From a virus: a stretch of DNA of 64,000 nucleotides. Numbering within the stretch: the first letter of the stretch is position 1; each line of letters starts with the position of its first letter. Where the stretch lies: the UHGV virus genome UHGV-1366919. One strand, 5' to 3'. Below the pieces are notes generated by a model. The model did no database searches. It was not told where the DNA came from and saw only the letters and a list, made by a program, of their open reading frames with translations. The position numbers were made by a program, and so were the translations under genes. Below, piece after piece: positions 57,073 to 64,000 of the stretch.

Positions 57073-59456
57073 ACATCATGCAAAAGTCCGGTATTAGTGA
57101 CAAGACAGGGAAATCTTATATCAATGGAATTTCAGTAACAAACAGTACCATAACTGTTACTGAAGCTACCTCTTTAAATTTCACCATTGGAGGACCAATT
57201 ACTACTACTGTACAAGGAAGTGAAGAAGCATTAATTTCCTTCAATCTTGATGCAGTAAAAAGCAGGGAAGCTTTAGGATTAGGTACTGCTGCTCTTATTA
57301 ATACCGGTACAGCATCTGGACAAATTCCTGTTTTAGACGCCCGGGGTAAATTACCTGAGTCTGTCATTGGAGATATTGCCCTATATGATAAGTTTGATAT
57401 AGCTTCTGCTGATAATATAAATGATATTGTAATATTTATTAATGGCATTACTACTGGAATTACTCCTAAACAAGGAGATATGATTTTTGTTCTAGGAGGA
57501 AATGTCCAAGGAACCTATTGGATTACAGTCACTAAAACTCCAGGAACTTATACTGCGGATGATATTTCTGGAATTACTACACCGTCTGGAACCATTAGTT
57601 CTATTACCTTTTTAGGAACAAATTATACTCCTGTCAATGGTATTATTACTCTCCCGGCAAATATTGGCTGGAGTTCTTTAACTGGAATTCCTACAGCTTC
57701 TGTATCGGCTTCAGGTATTGTTAAATTAAATGATAATACAAATTCTACTTCTACTACTGAAGCAGCAACTGCAAATGCTGTTAAGAAAGTTCAAGATTTT
57801 GCTAGTACCAAAATTTCTGGTATTTGGTTCGAAACTAACCAAGGATTAACTTCAGAACGAAATAGTTTTACTATATTTGGAACTGGCCCAATTTATATTG
57901 TAGGGAGTGATGCTGGAGATAAATCTCTTATATCAGTAAATTTAGATACTGCAAGAGTTAAAGACTCTTTAAATATTCAATCTATCGCCCCAGCAGGACC
58001 TTATCCTCCGACTATTCCTGAAACCTACGGAACAGGAGCTGCGCCTGAACTTTTAGGTAAACTTGATAGAAGCTTCATGCCAAGAAATATTATTGGTTTT
58101 ACATCTTCTTCTAGTTTGCCGCCAGTAAATCCTCCGTCTGATTTTATTCAAGGTTTTGCTTTTACAGCACAGGATAATAATGGTGAGGAAACTCCTGGTT
58201 TTAGTGTTTCTGTTTTTGAAAAGTATTATTCAACTGGAGAAATATGGAAAGGTATTAATTATTTCCTCAATTCTTCTTTAACAGCAACATCCGGACCTGA
58301 CCCAGTTATTCCAGCAACTGGGGCTGATGGTAAATTAGATGCTTCATTTATTCCAGATAGTGTGAGCGGAGGAATTGGCATTGTTAATCCTAGTAATCCG
58401 GGTACAACACTAACTGCTAAAACTTTAAGAATCGGAGCACTAGACGGGTTAGGCATATCTATTGCACCTCTTGGCCCGAATGGTTCAGAAATTAATGTTT
58501 TTTATGGATTAGAAGAAACTTCATTTAAATCTTATCTGACTAATACTATTGGCATTAAAACTGCTGCTTATCAAAATACAGGAACTACAAATGGAACAAT
58601 CCCTTTAATCGGTGCTAATGATAAATTACCAGCAAGTATTATTCCAGATGAAATTGGCGGAAATTTTAGTTCCTTTACTATTAATAATGGATATGAAGCT
58701 ACTCAAAGTATAAGCTCTAATCCTAATCAAATTAAAATTTGGAACTCTCCATTTTTTATTGGACCTCATGAAGCCACTGATTTAGTTAATGAATTATATC
58801 TTAATAATGAGGGTGAAGTTACTTTATCTCAGCGTTTTACTGATAGGGCCGCCCTTCGTTATATTACTTGTGTTGAAGATTCAGGTAATTATCGCTTTAC
58901 TACATATTATTGTGGCCCCTTATTGATATTTGAATCATTTTCAGCTTATACTAAAGGACCATTTTTAAAGAATTCTACTAATTTTAATTATACTGGTACT
59001 CATCCCGGTGAACTAAGTAATAACGCTTATACTAAAATACAAATAGATCCTTATTTTGCTTTAGCAAGAAGTAATTATATTATAAGTAATACAACTAGTG
59101 GAAGTTTAATTGATATTTATACAGATCTTTTAACTGGAAAATATTATTTTCGGCCAAGCTCATTATCTTCAACAAATACTCTTATCGTTAATCTTTATAT
59201 TGATAAAATAACATTACAAAATTACCATATTGATAATACTCTTATTTTAGACCCCAGGAACCTTTCAGTTGCTCCTCAAAATATTCAAATATTATTGCCG
59301 AATGAAACTACAGGAAACTATAAGCTGTTTATAGACCAGGGCGATGTTGGGACATTAACGAATACTCATCTGTATAATATTAGTATTGGTATTATTCGAC
59401 CAACGGAAAGTCCAGCTCTAATAATGGTAAAATATTCTCAGTTTGTACCAGTTTAA
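57069..59456 (+). CDS. Tail-fiber protein with phage-tail-fiber repeat motifs
   Basis: Recurrent G..G.IP.L...GKL..S.IP units (GQIPVLDARGKLPESVI, GADGKLDASFIP, GTIPLIGANDKLPASIIP). Thr/Gly/Asn-rich, 795 aa. Confidence 0.6.
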   Translation: MNIMQKSGISDKTGKSYINGISVTNSTITVTEATSLNFTIGGPITTTVQGSEEALISFNLDAVKSREALGLGTAALINTGTASGQIPVLDARGKLPESVIGDIALYDKFDIASADNINDIVIFINGITTGITPKQGDMIFVLGGNVQGTYWITVTKTPGTYTADDISGITTPSGTISSITFLGTNYTPVNGIITLPANIGWSSLTGIPTASVSASGIVKLNDNTNSTSTTEAATANAVKKVQDFASTKISGIWFETNQGLTSERNSFTIFGTGPIYIVGSDAGDKSLISVNLDTARVKDSLNIQSIAPAGPYPPTIPETYGTGAAPELLGKLDRSFMPRNIIGFTSSSSLPPVNPPSDFIQGFAFTAQDNNGEETPGFSVSVFEKYYSTGEIWKGINYFLNSSLTATSGPDPVIPATGADGKLDASFIPDSVSGGIGIVNPSNPGTTLTAKTLRIGALDGLGISIAPLGPNGSEINVFYGLEETSFKSYLTNTIGIKTAAYQNTGTTNGTIPLIGANDKLPASIIPDEIGGNFSSFTINNGYEATQSISSNPNQIKIWNSPFFIGPHEATDLVNELYLNNEGEVTLSQRFTDRAALRYITCVEDSGNYRFTTYYCGPLLIFESFSAYTKGPFLKNSTNFNYTGTHPGELSNNAYTKIQIDPYFALARSNYIISNTTSGSLIDIYTDLLTGKYYFRPSSLSSTNTLIVNLYIDKITLQNYHIDNTLILDPRNLSVAPQNIQILLPNETTGNYKLFIDQGDVGTLTNTHLYNISIGIIRPTESPALIMVKYSQFVPV

Positions 59457-59458
59457 AA

Positions 59459-59914
59459 ATGGGAGAATTAGGATTAGCTAGAAATAAACGATATAATCAA
59501 GGTTATTTTTATCCAAAAAATAAACATAAGTTTATCGGAGAATATGCAATTTACCGTTCAGGTTTAGAGTTAAAGTATTTTCAATTTTTGGATAATAATC
59601 CCAAGTGTATCAAATGGAATTCAGAAGGAGTAAAAATTCCTTATTTCTGGGAAGGAGATAATAAGTGGCATACTTATTATATCGATTTGGCTGCTTCTTT
59701 TAAAAAAGAAAATAAGATAGAAACTTTTTTAATTGAAATTAAGCCTTACCGGCAAACTATAGAGCCTGAAGCAACAAAGCGAAAAAGGAAAAAAACTTTA
59801 TTAACTGAACAAATAACATTCAGTCAAAATCAAAGTAAATGGAAAGCCGCTTCTGAATTTGCATCCAAAAACGGCTTAAAATTTATTATTCTTACTGAAA
59901 AAGATATTGGTTAA
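59459..59914 (+). CDS. PD-(D/E)XK nuclease, TnsA-N / Hjc-like
   Basis: RSGLELKYFQFLDNNPKCIKW...YYIDLAAS...FLIEIKPYRQT has the D...E.K arrangement of the restriction-endonuclease fold. Confidence 0.45.
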   Translation: MGELGLARNKRYNQGYFYPKNKHKFIGEYAIYRSGLELKYFQFLDNNPKCIKWNSEGVKIPYFWEGDNKWHTYYIDLAASFKKENKIETFLIEIKPYRQTIEPEATKRKRKKTLLTEQITFSQNQSKWKAASEFASKNGLKFIILTEKDIG

Positions 59915-60534
59915 ATTTCTTCTTCAGTTTCTTTATATTGTTCTTTACCGGTGGGATTAAAGGCAATCAATGTTTCTTCAGAAGGCATTTTCGGAGTTAC
60001 CAATACTCGATAAGAATGCCTGTTTGCTCCGGAAGGGCTCATTTCATCAAAATTAAAAGTAATAATATCAGGATATTTCTTTAACGCAGAAACATTAGAA
60101 ATATCTTTAAATTTGATATTTTGAGCTGAACCTTTTCGTCCATATCCTAAGGCTTTTTCTCCACGGTTAAATGTTTTAATTTGACGAGGAATAAAACTAT
60201 TATTAATAGGTTCAGTAATTTTAATCGGAGGAACTCGAGTACCGGATCCAATTTGATCGGTATCAACAACAGTAATATAAAAGCCGGGGTTTAACTTCAT
60301 CCATTTTCTTAATTGATCTACGGAAGCCCTTCTCCATTCAGTTCCTTTATTAAAGATTTTAGCTAAACTGCCATACTTGTTATCATCATATTTTAATAAA
60401 TCCTTAGCCTCTTCTCTGGCTGAAGCTCTTCGTTCTTTATCTGCAAGCTTCCTTTCCCATTCGTCCCACTTTGCGGGATCATCAAAAACTCCTTCATTAA
60501 AAATTTCTAAAGCGATTTGAGATAAATCAGTCAT
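59911..60534 (-). CDS. Hypothetical protein
   Basis: 207-aa ORF, the only minus-strand gene in this stretch. Confidence 0.4.
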   Translation of the reverse strand: MTDLSQIALEIFNEGVFDDPAKWDEWERKLADKERRASAREEAKDLLKYDDNKYGSLAKIFNKGTEWRRASVDQLRKWMKLNPGFYITVVDTDQIGSGTRVPPIKITEPINNSFIPRQIKTFNRGEKALGYGRKGSAQNIKFKDISNVSALKKYPDIITFNFDEMSPSGANRHSYRVLVTPKMPSEETLIAFNPTGKEQYKETEEEI

Positions 60535-60639
60535 GAAAGATATTTAAGGAATGAAATTTAATTAAAAATCTTTGCAAAAAGCGCTAATCTTTTAAAAATT
60601 AGTTGTTCATACGTAAATAAGTTTAATTATTAATAAAGT

Positions 60640-61353
60640 ATGGTTTCAACAACCCCTTATAAATTAATTTGTGAAATGCCTGATCCTTCCCGAATGGATC
60701 CTTTACAAATATTATATGAAGAAGAAAGTCTTCACAAAGAACGGGCTTTATATTTGACTGGTCCTTATCTTGGTTCTGAAATTATTAATAGAAATAATCG
60801 TTTATATCCAGCTGAAGAACTTCGCCGCGAAGTTAATCGCTATACCGAAGAAAAGATTAAATTTGGGCGTGCACTTGGAGAATTAAATCACCCCGAATCT
60901 GCTTCAGTTGATCTTGGAGCCGCTTGCCATTTGGTTGTTGAATTAAAGGAAGATAATAATGTTTGGTACGGCAAGTCTAAAGTTTTAGTTGGTACGCCCA
61001 AAGGTGATCTTTTAAAATCTCTTCTTAATAATGGCGTTCAAGTTGGCATGTCTTCCCGCTGCCTTGGCCAGCTGACGGAAACATCTGAAGGATATTCAAG
61101 AGTTTCAAATTTGCGCATGGTCGCCATAGATGCGGTTTCGGATCCAAGTTTTTCGAGCGCCTATGTAGACGGTATTTTAGAGTCTGCCCAGTTTGTTTGT
61201 GAATCTGACGGTTCTATTCGAATGGAAAAACTTTACGATGATACTAGTAAGAAATTTGCGAATCTTCCAGTTGGAGACCGAAACGACTATATTAAACGAT
61301 CAGTGATTGACTTCCTTAAGAGCTTTAACGAAATTACTACAAATTGTAAATAA
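60640..61353 (+). CDS. gp21: Prohead core protease (T4 gp21 family)
   Basis: IINRNNRLYPAEELRREV, ALGELNHPESASVD and GMSSRCLGQLTETSEGY match T4 gp21 VVNRNKRLYPKRILEKAV, ALGELNHPPRANVD and GVSSRGLGSLTDTNEGY. Confidence 0.8.
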   Translation: MVSTTPYKLICEMPDPSRMDPLQILYEEESLHKERALYLTGPYLGSEIINRNNRLYPAEELRREVNRYTEEKIKFGRALGELNHPESASVDLGAACHLVVELKEDNNVWYGKSKVLVGTPKGDLLKSLLNNGVQVGMSSRCLGQLTETSEGYSRVSNLRMVAIDAVSDPSFSSAYVDGILESAQFVCESDGSIRMEKLYDDTSKKFANLPVGDRNDYIKRSVIDFLKSFNEITTNCK

Positions 61354-61357
61354 CCTT

Positions 61358-61528
61358 ATGTCTAAGAAAACAAAGAAAGTAAAACAATTAGATAAAGATT
61401 GCTTATCTTTTGTACAGGCAATTTTAGAAGAAGACGCCAAATCTGCCGCTTCTGTACTAAAAACCATCGTTAAGAAAAATATCGCCAAGAAGCTTAAAAA
61501 GGCTGAACGCGAAACCGACTTATTTTAA
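61358..61528 (+). CDS. Small basic prohead-module protein (gp67/68 position). Start trimmed to the Met after the gp21 stop.
   Basis: The track ORF 61307..61528 overlaps gp21. The Met at 61358 follows the gp21 TAA stop directly. Confidence 0.35.
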   Translation: MSKKTKKVKQLDKDCLSFVQAILEEDAKSAASVLKTIVKKNIAKKLKKAERETDLF

Positions 61529-61537
61529 TAATAGAAT

Positions 61538-62407
61538 ATGAAAATTCCCGAAAGTTTAAAGAATGTTTTATCGGAAGCCGATCTTGCCGATATTAAAAAA
61601 GAATTTGACAAGCAGGTTCAAATTCAAGTAGAATCTGCACTTCATCAATATGACGATGAAGCTGAAAAGCGAATTTTAGAACTCGTCAAGCAGATTGATG
61701 AAAACCATAAGGTAAAGTTGGTTAATCTTCTTAAGAAGAAAGACGCTAAAGATAAGGCTTTGCTTGAATCAATTAAAGCCAAATATACTGAAGCTCTTCG
61801 AACAGATGCTGAAAAGTTCAAAGCTTCCCTTGCCAAAAATATCGAACGATTCATTGAATCTAAAATTGGCAATATTGTAGATTATTCTATTATCAAAGAG
61901 GCTGCCCTTAATAATACGGCCCGCATTGTTCTTGAAGGCCTTCGCACTCAGCTTGGCGTTGATTCCGCTTTAATGAAGGAATCTATTTCTGGCCCAATTC
62001 TTGAAGCTCGTGAAAAAATGACCAAAGCTCTTTCTTATATTAAAAAGCTTAAAGAAGAAAACCAGCGCCTTGAAGAATCTCTTTATAATTCCGAGGCTAA
62101 TCTTTTGATTGAATCCAGGACTGCCAAGCTGCCGGAAGCTGAAGTCTCTCATATGAAACGCATGCTTCATGGCAAGGATATTAAGTTCATTAATGAAAAT
62201 TTCAATTATATTTTAGATCTTTATAGGCAAGGTCGGGAAAAGAAACGTACTGTTCTTAAGGAAGAAGCCCTGAAGGTACGAGATAAGAAAAAGCTTCCGA
62301 CCGAACCCCGCCGTACAAAAGATCTGATGACAGAAAACTCTTCTAATAACTCCGGTTTCTCTCTTATTGATGAAATTGCTGCCGAAATGGCGTCTTCTGA
62401 TTATTAA
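61538..62407 (+). CDS. gp22: Prohead scaffolding core protein (T4 gp22-like)
   Basis: 289-aa highly charged coiled-coil protein between the protease and the major capsid gene, as in T4. Confidence 0.55.
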   Translation: MKIPESLKNVLSEADLADIKKEFDKQVQIQVESALHQYDDEAEKRILELVKQIDENHKVKLVNLLKKKDAKDKALLESIKAKYTEALRTDAEKFKASLAKNIERFIESKIGNIVDYSIIKEAALNNTARIVLEGLRTQLGVDSALMKESISGPILEAREKMTKALSYIKKLKEENQRLEESLYNSEANLLIESRTAKLPEAEVSHMKRMLHGKDIKFINENFNYILDLYRQGREKKRTVLKEEALKVRDKKKLPTEPRRTKDLMTENSSNNSGFSLIDEIAAEMASSDY

Positions 62408-62573
62408 GAGTTGCTTTAAAAACCTAAATATCAATTGTTATTAGAGTATAACCAAAGAAATTAACTATACAATTTTCAAGCATCAGTTAATTTAATCTTA
62501 CGGACAAGAATTCCGTCTCCTCAAAAATCGCTTGATATTCAAGCAAAAACAAAGATAAATTAATATAATTTTT

Positions 62574-64000
62574 ATGAAAAAGACTCAACAAGTACAAACT
62601 CAGTCTGTTGGCGCTGCTGTTCAGCAGAACAAGCAGTTCTATCAGAACTGTGTGAATAAGTGGAAGAAGCTGCTCGTTTCTGAACACGTTGCTCCTATTG
62701 AAAATAAGCATACGCGTGCCGTTACAGCTGTTCTTCTTGAAAACCAGGCTAACGCCCTGATGGAAGATATGAACCCGAACAGCTCCAGCATTTGGGGTGC
62801 CAACGCCTCTTTTGGTGGTGCGATTACTCAAGGCGATACCTATGCGAAGGGCGACAATCGTTTACCGAAGATTCTTCTTCCGATGATTCGTCGTACGTTC
62901 CCGGAACTTATTTCCAATGAAGTTGTCGGTGTCCAGCCGATGTCCGGACCTGTTTCCCTTGCGTTTGCTATTCGTTATCGCTATGACCAAGGGCCTCTTC
63001 ATGAAGCTCGTTCTTCCGGTACGCTGACTAATCCGCCTACGACTGGACCTCAATACGGTGTGAATACTTTCCGTGCCGAAGATACTGCCAATCCTCCGGC
63101 TCCTGCGGATATGAGGCAGCTTGAAGCTACGGTTAAGTCCCCTGGAACTGAAATGGGTTATAACTACCTCGACACTTCCTTTACTGGTCGTCGTAACAAC
63201 CTCTTTAACCGTACGATCAATAAAGAAACGGGTGCTCCTTATACCGATGCTGATATTGTAACCACTTGGAATGCTTCTGATGCTGGTGCTACCTATCAGA
63301 TTAAGGCTGTTGCCGACCTTGTGATTATCTCCGGAGCTACTCCTGGTGTTGAATTCACATTGTCCGACGGTACAACCAAGTATACAATTTCTGACACTGA
63401 TAAAGATAAGAAAGCGATTGCTGCTGCGAATGCTCTCTTTAAGGCTACCCACATTGCCGGTGGTAAGTTTACGTTCTCTGATCAGGACCTCGGTACTGCC
63501 GCTCTCTTGGGTGACTATGAAGCTACTGGCCGTATTCCTCGTACGAAGTTTACCTTCGAGAAGAAAGCTGTTGAAGCTGGTACCCGCCGTATCGGTACCT
63601 CCTGGACGCTTGAACTCGAACAGGATATTCGTAACATGAACGGTATCGACATCGAACAGGAAGTTACTTCCATGATGTCCTACGAACTTCAGGCCGAAAT
63701 TGACCGTGAAATGATTGTTCGTATGCTCTATGCCGCTCTTTCCGCTAATGAATATTCCTATTGGGATGGTTCTAAGGCTGACGCTCGTTGGATGGGTGAA
63801 CGTGACCGTGCGTTTTATCAGTTCATCATTCAGATGGCTAACCGTATGGCTGTTCGTAACCGTCGTGGCCCAGCTAACTTCATTATCGCTACTCCGGATG
63901 TCTGCTCCTTATTGGAAACGCTTCCTCAGTATGCCATTATGGAAGTTAACGGTACGATCTCTACGGATAGTTCCGGTATTGCTAAGGTTGGTACAATCGG
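62574..64000 (+). CDS. gp23: Major capsid protein (T4 gp23 family), 5' part; the ORF runs off the window end. It is not in the ORF track.
   Basis: ATG at 62574. The translation contains WKKLLVSEHVAPIE, LPKILLPMIRRTFPELISNEVVGVQPMSGP (T4: VMGMVRRAIPNLIAFDICGVQPMNSP) and ANFIIATPDVCSLLETLP (T4: GNFIIASRNVVNVLASVD). No stop codon before position 64000. Confidence 0.85.
   Translation, partial: MKKTQQVQTQSVGAAVQQNKQFYQNCVNKWKKLLVSEHVAPIENKHTRAVTAVLLENQANALMEDMNPNSSSIWGANASFGGAITQGDTYAKGDNRLPKILLPMIRRTFPELISNEVVGVQPMSGPVSLAFAIRYRYDQGPLHEARSSGTLTNPPTTGPQYGVNTFRAEDTANPPAPADMRQLEATVKSPGTEMGYNYLDTSFTGRRNNLFNRTINKETGAPYTDADIVTTWNASDAGATYQIKAVADLVIISGATPGVEFTLSDGTTKYTISDTDKDKKAIAAANALFKATHIAGGKFTFSDQDLGTAALLGDYEATGRIPRTKFTFEKKAVEAGTRRIGTSWTLELEQDIRNMNGIDIEQEVTSMMSYELQAEIDREMIVRMLYAALSANEYSYWDGSKADARWMGERDRAFYQFIIQMANRMAVRNRRGPANFIIATPDVCSLLETLPQYAIMEVNGTISTDSSGIAKVGTI

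Noticed and set aside
62487-63452. Two minus-strand ORFs (114 and 196 aa)
   Set aside because: They are antisense to the gp23 major capsid gene, which has strong homology and runs through this region on the plus strand. The translations are Arg/Ser-rich noise driven by the GC-rich sense codons.

Overview
This is an AT-rich (~30% GC) segment of a T4-like myovirus genome. It carries the T4 core replication, recombination and late-transcription set. On the minus strand between 3.9 and 28 kb lie a gp61-like primase, RNase H, gp32 SSB, a gp59-like loader, the gp41 DnaB-type helicase, UvsX, the gp43 family-B DNA polymerase, gp46/gp47 (SbcC/SbcD-like), the gp55 late sigma factor and a UvsW-like helicase. 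The morphogenesis genes are split. The gp20 portal is at 41.9 kb, while gp21 protease, gp22 scaffold and gp23 major capsid (running off the window end) start at 60.6 kb. The ~17 kb between them is accessory DNA, which contains several features worth a second look. (1) A compact sulfation cassette sits immediately upstream of a large tail-fiber gene: a fused CysN-like GTPase/CysD-like ATP sulfurylase, a CysC-like APS kinase, a sulfotransferase-like protein and a DXD glycosyltransferase-like protein. (2) A VapD-like (Cas2-fold) endoribonuclease gene ends an operon of three paralogous leucine-rich-repeat proteins. (3) A three-copy family of putative homing-endonuclease-like proteins combines tandem Cys/His zinc-ribbon repeats with a Vsr/DUF559-type PD-(D/E)XK domain. 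(4) An orphan C5-cytosine DNA methyltransferase sits near a GIY-YIG nuclease. (5) A ~780 bp ORF-free locus (28.0-28.8 kb) carries three GC-only alternating purine-pyrimidine palindromic islands embedded in AT-only palindromes and iterons. gp23, gp32 and a few other genes are markedly GC-richer than the rest, with GC3-biased codons. Several near-identical GC-stem hairpin terminators recur at gene-cluster boundaries.
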